DNA of 64,000 nt, taken from positions 1 to 64,000 of the IMG/VR virus record IMGVR_UViG_3300035698_026680. The stretch is one strand, 5' to 3'. Made by a program: the position numbers and the translations under genes. Positions 36,942-47,693 of the stretch are shown piece by piece; the stretch's first letter is position 1; each line of letters begins with the position of its first letter. The notes beneath the pieces are model-generated. The model ran no database searches, was not told the DNA's origin, and was given only the letters and a program-made list of their open reading frames with translations. This stretch comes from a virus.

Positions 36942-37694
36942 ATGAGTAACAACAATGACCCCTTGATAAGTATCAATTGGTCTAAAATAAAGCGCTACCT
37001 GGGCGCACTATTAAAAACAGGAGTAGGTTTAGTAAGGGGAGTAGTAGAAGGGATAGCCAAGGGAATTTTAAAGATTCTGACACTCTTTGTGCGTGGCCTT
37101 TTCGAAATTTATAAAGGCTTTAGCAAGTTTGCCAAAAGCAAACAAAAGGGAGTCTGGATACTTCTCTTAATCTTTTTTCTATTTTTCTTAGCTTTTCGGG
37201 TTTATGCTCAAGGATCTGAAAAACAAGACCTACAAAAAAAGTTAGAAATTAGAAACGAAGAGTTCCAAAACTCGCTTGATAAATATGACGAGTTAATAGA
37301 TACAATAGGAGATTTGGACGACAAGATTCAGGTGTACAATACCCAGAAGCAGAAATTGGCAAAAGCACAGGCGCAACTGGCATACAGTATACCTGAACCA
37401 GAATTGAAAGCAAAAATCACCAAGTATGCCATTGCAAACAATGTTAATATCCCGATGAGCGAGTGTGTTGTAATGCGTGAGAGTGGGGGACGACCAAACG
37501 CCGTAGGAGACAATGGAAAGGCTGTCGGGCTGGCTCAATACTGGTTAGCCACTTGGCAAAGGCATAGACGACAGATGGGGCGTTCTACTGAAGATTTAAG
37601 GAGAGATCCTGATGAAGCCCTAGATACTATGACTTGGGCAATATCTCAAGGTATGGGTAGAGAATGGACTGCCTATCGAAAGTTTTGTACTTAA
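36942..37694 (+). CDS. membrane-anchored SLT/lytic transglycosylase-domain protein
   Basis: TM, coiled coil, then RESGG.PNA..AVGLAQY...TW; start could be 36834. Confidence 0.75.
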   Translation: MSNNNDPLISINWSKIKRYLGALLKTGVGLVRGVVEGIAKGILKILTLFVRGLFEIYKGFSKFAKSKQKGVWILLLIFFLFFLAFRVYAQGSEKQDLQKKLEIRNEEFQNSLDKYDELIDTIGDLDDKIQVYNTQKQKLAKAQAQLAYSIPEPELKAKITKYAIANNVNIPMSECVVMRESGGRPNAVGDNGKAVGLAQYWLATWQRHRRQMGRSTEDLRRDPDEALDTMTWAISQGMGREWTAYRKFCT

Positions 37695-37703
37695 AACTAA
37701 CGA

Positions 37704-37732
37704 TTGATTTTTACTCATTTATAAGTTAAAAT
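37704..37732 (+). promoter_or_regulatory. phage promoter motif
   Basis: TTGATT-17-TAAAAT. Confidence 0.75.
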
Positions 37733-37780
37733 AGATATTAGGAAAATTAAGACAATATATTAAGACAATAAGGAGAATTT

Positions 37781-38956
37781 ATGACAAACCAGACCCCCAT
37801 TATTCCAAGCGATCTTTTCACAGGCAAGATTTTAGGTCTTGTTGATAGAGAAAGAGAAGTTAAACAATTCATGTATGCTCTCTATACTAAGGAGCACATG
37901 ATTCTCATGGGACCCCCAGGAACAGCTAAGTCTCAATTCGCTGTTAACGCATTTTCGGCTATTGCCAAAGCAGAAACTTTTCAAATCCACCTGACTAAAC
38001 AAACTACCGAAGAATATGTCTTTGGTCCTTTGAATATACTTGAGTTAAAGAAAGGGAATCTTGTTCATAATACAAAAGGCAGTATGCTTACGGCTGACTT
38101 TGCTTTCCTTGACGAATTCTTTGACGCTTCTGATGTTTTGTTAAGATCACTGCTCGGCATTTTAAACGAGAGAGTTTGGTTAAAGGGGTCACAAAGAATA
38201 AAAGCCAAATTGCACACGGCTGTTTTAACTTCAAACTACCAAAGAGAAAATAAAGTTACCGAAGCCGTTTTAGATAGAATCATTTTTAAGTGTGATATTA
38301 AAGCTATTACTGCTCGCGGCAAAAGACTAAAAGTCTATCGAAATGCTATCAAGCATCCCGTTTTTAATTCAAAGCAAGTCTTGGATCTAGATAAGCTAAA
38401 GAAGTTTACCGATTTAGTAGAAGATCCTAACTCTGTTAAATTCTCAAAAGAACTTTTGGGAACCTATGACCGATTTTTGGGGGAATTCCAAAAAGAAAGC
38501 AAAAAGTATATTTCTCAACGAACTGCAAATAAGGCTCTCAAAGTATTAAAAGTATCGGCTTTGCTAGACAACAGGGACGAAGCTAGTTACAAAGACCTAG
38601 AAGAACTGCGCTATGTTCTTTGTGTCTTAAATCGAAGAATGGAAGAAGCAATCTTTGACGCTGTTTATGAGAAACATATTGGCAAGGCAGAAGAAGAAAG
38701 AGTTACGCTTCAAGACCTAAAAAATGTAGAAGAAAAAGTCAAAAAAATGCCTGATAATTTCGATGGTCTGCCAGATAAAGAATTTATTGGCAAAATGAGA
38801 GAATTGAATGAGTATGTCCACTTACTTGAAGGCATTGATAGTCCAACTCAAAGGACTTCGCAAAAAAGAGATACGATTCTTACAGAGATAAGAAAGTTAA
38901 TCGCTGACAATAGGGACAAGTTATTTAAAAAACAACAGGCAAACCCAACGCCATAA
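37781..38956 (+). CDS. MoxR/RavA-like AAA+ ATPase
   Basis: GPPGTAKS Walker A; FLDE Walker B; FGP and A..DR motifs. Confidence 0.9.
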   Translation: MTNQTPIIPSDLFTGKILGLVDREREVKQFMYALYTKEHMILMGPPGTAKSQFAVNAFSAIAKAETFQIHLTKQTTEEYVFGPLNILELKKGNLVHNTKGSMLTADFAFLDEFFDASDVLLRSLLGILNERVWLKGSQRIKAKLHTAVLTSNYQRENKVTEAVLDRIIFKCDIKAITARGKRLKVYRNAIKHPVFNSKQVLDLDKLKKFTDLVEDPNSVKFSKELLGTYDRFLGEFQKESKKYISQRTANKALKVLKVSALLDNRDEASYKDLEELRYVLCVLNRRMEEAIFDAVYEKHIGKAEEERVTLQDLKNVEEKVKKMPDNFDGLPDKEFIGKMRELNEYVHLLEGIDSPTQRTSQKRDTILTEIRKLIADNRDKLFKKQQANPTP

Positions 38957-39400
38957 GGAGAAAATATGAAAAGAAAAACTTTAAATGAAGATAGGGTTCC
39001 ATACTTTTTGCACGCTGTGATAGATTTTATTGCTTATTTCACAATATACAAAGTATTTGGCTTTGAAATCTGTGTAGTTTTTGCCCTATCCAATATTAGC
39101 ACAGACATCTCAAGAAGAAATAAATGGCTAGGAAGGTAAATATCTATGAGTAATACTTGTATGACAAAAAAGGAACAGTTGGATTGGAGCAAACAAAAGC
39201 ATAAGGAAACTGTTCATAACACAATTTGTACTTTTCATTTAGACAAAAATTGTGGTTGTTTAAGATGCAGGGGAAAACATGAAAAATAAAGACAACAAGT
39301 CCTATATATTCAAAAGAATGGACACCGTAATAGAGAAATTTTATCGTGATTGCGATAATTTTAAAGAGAAGTTAAGTGAAAAAACTAAAAAGGAGAAAAC

Positions 39401-39892
39401 ATGAAAAATAGTGCTTGTGATTGTAGAAGGTGTAAAAATTGTTGTTGGCGCAGTATGGGATGGTTTGGATCAATTAAAGAAGTTAGGAGTGCGGCTAAGA
39501 TTCTAAAAATGTCGGTAAGAAAATTTGCTAAAAAATACTTAATCAGAGAGTGGCACGCAGGGAAAGACGAGATAATGGTTCCTGCTCCTAGAAAAAACTT
39601 TAATAGAGAACCAAAAGCAATAAAAGAAATGGAAGTAGAAGGTAGAGATGCCTGGAAAGATGAAAAATTAAGGAATGGTAAGGGATTTATTCTGGCTAGT
39701 TGGGGACACAACCTTATGACAGGATTCGCTTGTATTTTTTTAACCAAAGATGAAAGATGTGGCATTCATAAAAGTAAGCCAACAGAATGTAGGGAGTCTT
39801 TTGCTTGTAAAAAAAGTAGCTTTAATAAAAGAAAACCCCTTTTATCTTATTGGAAAAAACATCAGGACTTTATTAGATATTTAACGGAGTAA
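39401..39892 (+). CDS. CxxCxxCC (YkgJ-like) Fe-S/Zn protein
   Basis: CRRCKNCC..CIFL....CGIH..KP.ECR. Confidence 0.8.
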   Translation: MKNSACDCRRCKNCCWRSMGWFGSIKEVRSAAKILKMSVRKFAKKYLIREWHAGKDEIMVPAPRKNFNREPKAIKEMEVEGRDAWKDEKLRNGKGFILASWGHNLMTGFACIFLTKDERCGIHKSKPTECRESFACKKSSFNKRKPLLSYWKKHQDFIRYLTE

Positions 39893-39894
39893 AC

Positions 39895-41352
39895 ATGAGA
39901 ATAACTAAAAAAAGACTGCTTAAAAGAGAAGGCAAAAAAATAGTCAAAATGGTTGATAATCTAGTGACTGTTAAAGACTTCACTTTGTCCGTTGATTTTG
40001 CCAAAGATGCTTTTGCTCTATTCAAAGAAGAAATCAGCAAGCGCAAGATGCTTAAAAGCTATTGGGAACTCTTTCAAGATGTTCGAAAGCTATATGCTAG
40101 GTATCAAATAGGCGACTTGATTAAGAATGTCAATTTTTATGTGAAGACTCGGAGTTTTTTCCGCGACTTCATTTATTCTAGCCTATTCCACGAGCTAGAC
40201 AAGCTAGACCCAGTGGAAGCCTTAGAGAAGTTTCTAAAGATGTTCCAGCCACCACCACCGCCGCAACCACAGCCTAAGCCACAACCAAAGAAGGGGCCAA
40301 AAGGGGGCAAAGGGAAGGGTAAGGGTAAGGGAAAAGGGCAAGGCCAGCCACAACAAAAACAGGGAAAAGGGGGAAAACAGGGGCAAACTCAGAAACAGGG
40401 AAGCGGCAGTCCAAGCGGTAAATCACAAGACAAAAAGGGTCTTAGTGCCAACGAAGCTAATCTGCCAATCGACATGACTAAATTTCGCAAAAATCTGCCT
40501 AAAATAGAAAAGGCTCTTGATAGTGGCATTCTTAATAAGGGTGATTTTCAAAAATATTTAAGTAAGAGTGCCGGAATTGGACATAAAGAAATCGAAATCG
40601 GGAATATTGTTAAATTAATTGAAAAGATAGCAACTGAATTACATGAAAGGGAACTAGATATATTTTATATTGCTAGAAAGAAAGAACTTACAGAAAAGTA
40701 TCGCAGGGAAAAGGTGCTTAAAAGCGTTCCTTTTCCTGACAATGAAATGTCAGTTGATCGTCTTAAAAAACATGAAGATTTATTAAAAACTGTTCCCACA
40801 CAGTTTGCTCTTGACGATGACCTTTTCTTTCAGAAGTTCTTAAAGAAGGAGCTTCTAGTAAGAGACTATCAATCAAGAAGACTCAAGAAGCAGGCTCTAT
40901 ACATGCTAATTGATGTTTCGGGAAGCATGAGATCTGCGAGAAATACTTATGCTTCAGGAGTTAGTTTATCTCTTGTTAGACAGGCCATTGATGAAGGAGC
41001 GACATACTTTTTAAGATTCTTTGATGGTAGTCCGCATGATCTACATAAAATCACAACTAAAAAGGAAGCAGAAGAAATGGCGAGTGTTTTAGTGAAGCAA
41101 CCCTATTCAGGTGGTGGAACCAATATTGAAGCGGCTATTGAAAAAGCGATAATAGATATTAAGAAAGATCCTATCAAGTTTGAAAAGGCAGAAATCATGG
41201 TGATTACTGATGGCGAAGATGGTGTTAATTTAAGTAAAAAAGACTTAAAAGGGATCAAGGTTCACTCTACTATTATTGATGGGGATAACAGTGGCTTAGA
41301 AGATATTTCAGAAACCTATACTAAGTTGGATTCCAACGACATTGAAAATTAG
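39895..41352 (+). CDS. vWA-domain protein (ViaA-like) with P/Q/G/K linker
   Basis: DVSGSM, GGGTN and ITDG MIDAS motifs. Confidence 0.88.
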   Translation: MRITKKRLLKREGKKIVKMVDNLVTVKDFTLSVDFAKDAFALFKEEISKRKMLKSYWELFQDVRKLYARYQIGDLIKNVNFYVKTRSFFRDFIYSSLFHELDKLDPVEALEKFLKMFQPPPPPQPQPKPQPKKGPKGGKGKGKGKGKGQGQPQQKQGKGGKQGQTQKQGSGSPSGKSQDKKGLSANEANLPIDMTKFRKNLPKIEKALDSGILNKGDFQKYLSKSAGIGHKEIEIGNIVKLIEKIATELHERELDIFYIARKKELTEKYRREKVLKSVPFPDNEMSVDRLKKHEDLLKTVPTQFALDDDLFFQKFLKKELLVRDYQSRRLKKQALYMLIDVSGSMRSARNTYASGVSLSLVRQAIDEGATYFLRFFDGSPHDLHKITTKKEAEEMASVLVKQPYSGGGTNIEAAIEKAIIDIKKDPIKFEKAEIMVITDGEDGVNLSKKDLKGIKVHSTIIDGDNSGLEDISETYTKLDSNDIEN

Positions 41353-41360
41353 TAGAAACG

Positions 41361-41389
41361 TTGATTTTCACTTATAAATAAGTTATAAT
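41361..41389 (+). promoter_or_regulatory. phage promoter motif
   Basis: TTGATT-17-TATAAT. Confidence 0.8.
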
Positions 41390-41410
41390 TAAAGCAGAGA
41401 AGGAGAATTT

Positions 41411-41710
41411 ATGAAATATAGAGAAGCAGATTTGGACTACATCTTCATAAGAGCCCAAGACCAAGACGGTAAGTGGCAAAACCTATCCCTTAATGCAATT
41501 TCTGACGAGCAATTTCTTGATTGGGCTGAAAGAAGGTTTGGGATAGAAGTTAAAGACGATGCTAACGCAACTGGAACCCCTTGGACATCCGCACAAAAAG
41601 TAGATTTCCTTAATGATATGAATAAGCGCTTAGGCAATAAGCCTTGTGTTACTATGATTAGAAAAGAAGCAAGAAACAAGTGGGGTAAAAATGAAAAAGA
41701 AGGAGCCTAG
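41411..41710 (+). CDS. hypothetical protein
   Basis: AGGAGAATTTATG. Confidence 0.7.
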   Translation: MKYREADLDYIFIRAQDQDGKWQNLSLNAISDEQFLDWAERRFGIEVKDDANATGTPWTSAQKVDFLNDMNKRLGNKPCVTMIRKEARNKWGKNEKEGA

Positions 41711-41930
41711 AAAACAAATTAGCCTAGACAATGGAGTTTTAGTTACTATCCCTGTTAGATTCAGCTACGCTAGTTGTCGGTGTGGAAAAAAAGATATTGT
41801 TTGGGCGATAACAGAAAAGAATAAAAGGCCGACTCCTGTTCGCTGGAGTGAGCTTAAAGAAGCCTGGATTAGCCATTTTGCAGATTGTCCATTAGCAAAA
41901 GATTTCAGAAAGAAAGGAAACAAAAAATGA
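41691..41930 (+). CDS. small zinc-binding protein
   Basis: CRCG..I.W..SHFADCP. Confidence 0.65.
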   Translation: MKKKEPRKQISLDNGVLVTIPVRFSYASCRCGKKDIVWAITEKNKRPTPVRWSELKEAWISHFADCPLAKDFRKKGNKK

Positions 41931-42361
41931 GTTTTAAAAAAGGCGATAAGGTTAAAATAACTAAATGTACCCATGTGTATGAAAATGGAAAAGACAATAG
42001 GCCTTGTAAGCTTTGCAAGGGCAAAGAAGGAACTATCAAGAGCGTTGATCTTAGTGAGCTCTGTCCTTATACAGTTAAATTTAAAAAGGAAATTGCCATA
42101 GGACACAGTCCGATATACGAAGCAAAAGAATTGCAATTGCTTAAAAGAAAACAAATTAAGTATGTTGTTCTTTATGACGAAGAAGATGGAGATCCAGCTA
42201 AAACATTCTCTAATCTCTTGAGTCTCAAAACTTGGTTATTTACTGCTCTTTTCAAAAGTGAAATTAAATACGAGACAATTCAGATCTTTGAAGTAAAAGA
42301 TGAGTTTCAACCAAAGAATGTAGTTGGTTTAACTAAAATGAGTAATGATGAAAATGTCTAA
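41927..42361 (+). CDS. hypothetical protein with KOW/SH3-like N-terminus
   Basis: FKKGDKVKI..G..GTI. Confidence 0.65.
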   Translation: MSFKKGDKVKITKCTHVYENGKDNRPCKLCKGKEGTIKSVDLSELCPYTVKFKKEIAIGHSPIYEAKELQLLKRKQIKYVVLYDEEDGDPAKTFSNLLSLKTWLFTALFKSEIKYETIQIFEVKDEFQPKNVVGLTKMSNDENV

Positions 42362-42463
42362 TTGGCTTAGACACTCAGTTCAATGGTTTTTAGAATTAAT
42401 TAATAAATTAACAGGCTGGCCGTGGGGAGACAATGTGCCAGAAATGAAATAAAGGAGACTATT

Positions 42464-42760
42464 ATGGCCTATATGCGCGGCACTTGGTACATTTTTAAAG
42501 ATTGGAGTGAAATATTCCATATTCACGGACAAGATGGAGAATTTTATCTTCCAAAAGAGATATTGGATCAACTTGTGGTAATGAGATTCGCTCAACTGAG
42601 TCCCGAAGAAGTAGAGAAAGCAGAAAAAAAAGCTGTCACTAATCACGCTGGAAATATTGGTTGTGATGCTCTTTGTAAAAAGCATGGCCTACCAACTGCG
42701 ACAGAAATCATTGATAGAAGAACTGAAGAAGCATTAAAAAAGAAAAAGAAAGGAAAATAA
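42464..42760 (+). CDS. hypothetical protein
   Basis: AAGGAG RBS. Confidence 0.65.
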   Translation: MAYMRGTWYIFKDWSEIFHIHGQDGEFYLPKEILDQLVVMRFAQLSPEEVEKAEKKAVTNHAGNIGCDALCKKHGLPTATEIIDRRTEEALKKKKKGK

Positions 42761-43273
42761 ATGGAGAATTTAAACGCTCTCACAGAAGAATTAGGACTAG
42801 ACACAAATACTATAGTCCCTATTAAAAGAAATGTTGGCTTGATCGCCTATCGAAAATACCTTTGGGCCTTAAAGTTTATCGGGGAAAAGGTCGTTAAGTT
42901 AAAGGAATACCGATCTCAAATCGTTGAAGATGTTGATATTGAGATTAAAAAGCAAGAAGCGAATATCGACAGGATCAAAGAAGAAATTAAGCAAAATGCT
43001 CTCGTTGATCCAATATCCGAAAGAACAAAAACAAAGGGAAGAAAGCTAGTTTTGCCTGACATTGCAACTGTGTCGGTAAGCAAAGAAAATAGAAAAGTCG
43101 ACATAAACGATTCAGAAGCAGTTTTGGACGAATTAGGCAACGAGTTCATAAGAGAAACAAGGCCATCTCTCGATACTACTAAGGCCAAGCAACACATTTT
43201 GGAAACAAATCAAGTTCCAAAAGGGGCAACCATAGAATCCAGTCGCACATTATCAATTAGATTTAAGAAGTAG
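42761..43273 (+). CDS. Gam/Gp157-like host-nuclease inhibitor
   Basis: coiled coil, K..LP..TVS, P.LD...K, VPKGA. Confidence 0.6.
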   Translation: MENLNALTEELGLDTNTIVPIKRNVGLIAYRKYLWALKFIGEKVVKLKEYRSQIVEDVDIEIKKQEANIDRIKEEIKQNALVDPISERTKTKGRKLVLPDIATVSVSKENRKVDINDSEAVLDELGNEFIRETRPSLDTTKAKQHILETNQVPKGATIESSRTLSIRFKK

Positions 43274-43605
43274 TTGGGTGTATCAATCGTATCCTGAGAA
43301 GTCGCTAGATTCACCCTTGTGTATCCCAACGCTTTTCGGGGTACGGTTAATGTAAAACTATGCCAGAACCAATAGCCTACGAAGATTTAGACATAACAGA
43401 AAAAATTCCGCTTTGTCAAAGGTGTTATAAAAAAGTGGGCTTTAAATTCCATAACGAAGTTTGGCTTTGCAAAGGTTGCTATAAAATTGCCGAAAGAAAG
43501 GATATAGTTCATTAATGGCTGGTAAGTCTAGAAAAAAGAAGAATCTTGCTAAAAGAAGAAGGAAAAGGTTAAAGAAAAAGTTAAAAAAGTTAGGAGTTAA
43601 ATAGT

Positions 43606-43983
43606 ATGAAAGGTGAAAAAGTTGTTGCCCAAAGAATTCTGAAAGATTTTATTTGGCAAGTGACTAGCAAAAGAAGGGTCATTTGTCGTAATAAAAAATC
43701 AAAAGGATACTTCGCTTTCGACATTACTCGATACATTTCTTTTCTTAAATTCGCGCCTAGTGTTTTGAATAAGATGCGAATAGAGATCAGCAAAGAACTG
43801 CGCTTAAATTTAAGGGGAAAGATTCAAGATATCAGATTATTGAGACAAGATATCAAAAAACTGAAAAAAGAGATTCGGGAATTAAAAAAGGAAGTCAGAG
43901 TAACGAAAAAGCAAAGACCAGTACAGCAAAGCGTCTTTGCTCGCGCCAGAAAGGTTAAAAGTGAAAAAAGCGATAATAATTAA
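43606..43983 (+). CDS. basic coiled-coil protein
   Basis: AGGAG RBS. Confidence 0.6.
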   Translation: MKGEKVVAQRILKDFIWQVTSKRRVICRNKKSKGYFAFDITRYISFLKFAPSVLNKMRIEISKELRLNLRGKIQDIRLLRQDIKKLKKEIRELKKEVRVTKKQRPVQQSVFARARKVKSEKSDNN

Positions 43984-44106
43984 AAAGTTAGAAAAAATGC
44001 TTCGTCATTCTGAAGCTCGCTGTGCTAATCTAAAATGTAGTCAAGATGGCTACGAATTTGGATTAGAAGACGCATTACAAGCTATTAAATCCCAAGGAAG
44101 GAAAAC

Positions 44107-44343
44107 ATGACTGACCTAACAAAAGAAGAAAAAAAAGAAATAGACACAGAAATTTTTAGTATTATTCGTTTCCACTTAATGGCCTTAAAAATGCCAGCTA
44201 CAAAAGAAAATGTCAACGCAGGAACTGTGATGTTTATTGAAGGCGTTAAGTACATAAGGAAAAAATTAGAAACAGAACAAGAAAAGTTATTAGAAGGTTT
44301 TAGTTACAAGAAAAAGAAAAATGGGAAGAAAAGGACTACTTAA
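44107..44343 (+). CDS. hypothetical protein
   Basis: RBS and ORF. Confidence 0.6.
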   Translation: MTDLTKEEKKEIDTEIFSIIRFHLMALKMPATKENVNAGTVMFIEGVKYIRKKLETEQEKLLEGFSYKKKKNGKKRTT

Positions 44344-44818
44344 TTACACTACTCAAATAGAGCCTGGAAAAACGATTGCCGAGATTCAGGCTGAGTTGGT
44401 AAAGCACGGGGCTAAGTCTATCATGTGCAATTACGATGATGATGGGAAAATTGAGTCTCTTTCTTTCGGTATAAAAATGGATAAGAAGGAGCTTGGAATA
44501 AAGCTCCCTTGCGACCCTGGGCCAGTTTTAAAGGTGCTAGAGCAACAAGTTGAAGAAAGATTGATTCCTAGAAGTTTTGCTAACGAACACCAAGCTCTTA
44601 GAGTAGCCTGGAGAATAACTAAAAACTGGGTAGAAGCTCAAATGGCTATTTTGGAAACAAGGATGGTAAAAATGGAGCAAATCTTCTTACCTTATGCGAT
44701 TATGAGAGATGGAAAAACTTTGTTTGAAACTATGAAAAAGAAGGGGTTTGCCTTACTAGAAGCTAAAATTACAACATTTAGGCCTGAAGCCGAAGAAGGA
44801 GAAGTTGAACATGAATGA
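44321..44818 (+). CDS. phage hypothetical protein
   Basis: 165-aa ORF; QA.RVAWR..K.WVEAQMA segment. Confidence 0.75.
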   Translation: MGRKGLLNYTTQIEPGKTIAEIQAELVKHGAKSIMCNYDDDGKIESLSFGIKMDKKELGIKLPCDPGPVLKVLEQQVEERLIPRSFANEHQALRVAWRITKNWVEAQMAILETRMVKMEQIFLPYAIMRDGKTLFETMKKKGFALLEAKITTFRPEAEEGEVEHE

Positions 44819-45122
44819 TTTTTTTTCAAAAATAAGTGAGTTTGTCGGCATAGCATTAATAATTCTTGCGTCGGGTTTTGTTCTTTGGATAGCACTGCCA
44901 TACATCTCAAACGAAAGCGAAAAGTTTAAAAAGACCATCGCTCAGACTTATGAAGATGGATTTCGTGATGGCTGGAGAAACAATACCGACATGGAATTGT
45001 GCATGTTGGGTGGCAAGTTTGCAGTAGAATCGCTAGAAATACCTTTTTATAGAGATTGTATCCCATTGGAAGACAAAGAAGGTCACTCAGGTTCTTATTT
45101 AACAGATGAAGGCCCAGAATAA
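44811..45122 (+). CDS. single-TM protein
   Basis: N-terminal TM. Confidence 0.6.
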   Translation: MNDFFSKISEFVGIALIILASGFVLWIALPYISNESEKFKKTIAQTYEDGFRDGWRNNTDMELCMLGGKFAVESLEIPFYRDCIPLEDKEGHSGSYLTDEGPE

Positions 45123-45124
45123 AA

Positions 45125-45559
45125 ATGAATTCTAAAAATTTAGTAACCAGTTTAAAGCTCAGTAAACGCCTAGCCAAACTCTTGAAAGAGAAGGGGATGG
45201 AAGTGGAGACTTTATTCTCCTATGCTCTTTGGAACAAAAAAGAATGGAAATTGCAATATAATCCCAACATTGAATTGCCCACGCTTCCAGAAAATACTAT
45301 ACCCGCCTTTCTTTCAGTAGAGTCAGGGGAGTTGTTGCCAGCAATTCTAACTAAAACAACCTTAAATAATTATGAGCTTAGAACTCAAAAGCTAGACGAT
45401 AATGGAAAATGGGAGTGTTTTTATAAAGATTGGAATGTTCCTGAAATCGGACATGGACACCTTAAAGGGCAGACCTTTAAAGCCAAAACCGAAGCAGAAG
45501 CCCGTGGCCTGCTTTACGAATACCTACTTAAAAATAATTTAATAGAGAATGACAAATAA
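45125..45559 (+). CDS. hypothetical protein
   Basis: 144-aa ORF in a co-oriented run. Confidence 0.7.
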   Translation: MNSKNLVTSLKLSKRLAKLLKEKGMEVETLFSYALWNKKEWKLQYNPNIELPTLPENTIPAFLSVESGELLPAILTKTTLNNYELRTQKLDDNGKWECFYKDWNVPEIGHGHLKGQTFKAKTEAEARGLLYEYLLKNNLIENDK

Positions 45560-47552
45560 ACAAAAGTTCAAATTCTTAATAGGAGACTTCCTAGTAGACC
45601 TACGAATACTAAGAGCCAACATTCCCATCACTAAGGGGCTAGGCGGTGGCAAGATAGCTAGGGGAATGATTAAAAAGTTGATTGAGAAGTGGGAGAAACA
45701 TGAAAAAATGACTGGCGGCTGCCATGGTTACCATGATGTAGGGGAGTTTTATAAAGAATGAAAAATAAATCAACTGTAAAACTAGAGTATGCAAACCCAG
45801 ACTGGTTCATAACCATTGGTGATAATGATGTTGAACACACCTGGGCTGTTTCAAGCGAAGAACTGGCTGAACTAAAGCGTAAATTAAATAATATTAATTT
45901 CGATGAAAACTAATAAAGAGCTGATAAACTGGGAAAAAGAATTTGATCAAATAGGCTTCGGCAATCAAGCTAGAATTGTCGGGGTAAAGAGAGTAGAGCT
46001 AAAAGATTTTATAATAGAAGCCCTGGATAGAGCAAGAGAAGAAGGCTGGCAAATAGGACACAAGCAAACCAAGGAAGACTATCAAGACTTCCTAATAAAG
46101 ATAATCAAAAACAACACAGATAGACTCGATCAGGTAGACTATGACGGAATAGCGAAAGATATTATAAAAATAGCGGAGGGAAAATGAAAAACAAACTGTT
46201 GTGCTTACTGCTAGGTCATGTTGTTCATACATATAATAAGGGTAGACCTGATAATCCGGAGCAGGCATGGGGTTGTTTGGTATGTGGAAAAGAGTTATTA
46301 GGTGAAGAGAAAATAAGCAGTTTTTTTGAATATATAAAATACGTTAAGGAAAAAAGAGAAAAAAAGCTTGAAAAGGTGAAAGATTCAGAAAATCTCCCAT
46401 TCTAACAGCTAGAAAGATTATTAAAATAGCAAAAGGAGGATAAGGTGATTATAATACACAGTTGTCCGCATTGTGGTTCCGGCGATATTCTCTCTAACAC
46501 AGGTGGTTATTATTGCAATTCATGTTATCAGTGGCTAGGGCTTGGACAACAAAAAGAAAAGCACTTTATGAAACGATATTATGAGAAAACAAGTGCCATT
46601 AATAGCTAAAACAAATACTATAAAGATTTAATTAGTTATACAAAATGAGAAGAAAAATGAAAACAGTAGAGAAGATTAAAGAATTCAACAATGGAGTCTG
46701 GAATGCTGGTGGCGGCCCAGAGTCGAGTATTAGTCCGAGTGGTTTTTTGACTAATTCTTCATATAAGAATAAGCAAAAGTTAGACATGATTAGACTAAAG
46801 ATAAACGAAATGATAGGGGTTCTAAATGAGAAAAAATAAAACTAAGAAAATGAAGAAGAAAAAACTTACAGAACAGATATTAGCAGAACTTTGGGACGTT
46901 ATTAACGAAAAGGGACTAGGTGTTTGGGGGAATATAGGGTCAGATGATTGGAAGTTGGCTAGAGAACTATTTAGGCTAGAAAATTTAAATAAAGAAAAAA
47001 TAGAAAAGAGTATCAATGACTAAATGTAAACGCAAACTAAAAGGAGGGGAGAAAATGAAGAAAGTAAAGAAAAAGGTTATCTTTGGGAAAAAGTGTAGCC
47101 TTTGTAGAAGGGAGCCAATAATTGGGTTGATTGACTTGACTGAAAAGGGAGACAATATTTGTTTGTGCGAGAAGCATATAAAAGAGTTTTGTAAAAAAAC
47201 ACTAAAATCAAAATGACCAACTGTAAATGCAAACCAACCGACATGGCGACAGGAAAAAGTATTTCTGGGGAGTGTCCGGTGTGTGAGAAGGGGAAGGGGA
47301 AAAATAATTGTCCCAGGTGTGGATCAAAAGTTAACTGGATAAATAAAAATGTTTATGTTTGCCCTGATTGTAATTGGGGGGAAGGAAAAGATGAACAAAA
47401 AAATAGTTTACTTAATTAAATTTGGCCTGATTTACTTGATACTGTTAGCAATTCTTATCAATATTTTAAGGCATATCAGGATAGATTTTATAACTTACTG
47501 TCCGACTGGATGTCTTAGAGCGTGGGAGTTCCGTTTTATTTGGTTAAGATAA
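45549..47552 (+). other. run of about 11 tiny (45-95 aa) hypothetical ORFs, several Cys-rich
   Basis: 45549-45761, 45903-46187, 46184-46405, 46645-46839, 46826-47023, 47016-47216, 47213-47419, 47391-47552, with overlapping starts and stops. Confidence 0.6.
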
Positions 47553-47693
47553 TGCCATGACTAAACCCAAACACAAGATTAGTAAGGAACATGAAAAACC
47601 AAAAAAATTATCCAAGGAAGTGACTAGGGTGTTAGCAAAAATTATAATTAAAGATAAGTCGTTGTTTAAAAGTTTTATTTTGAGTTTTTAAAA

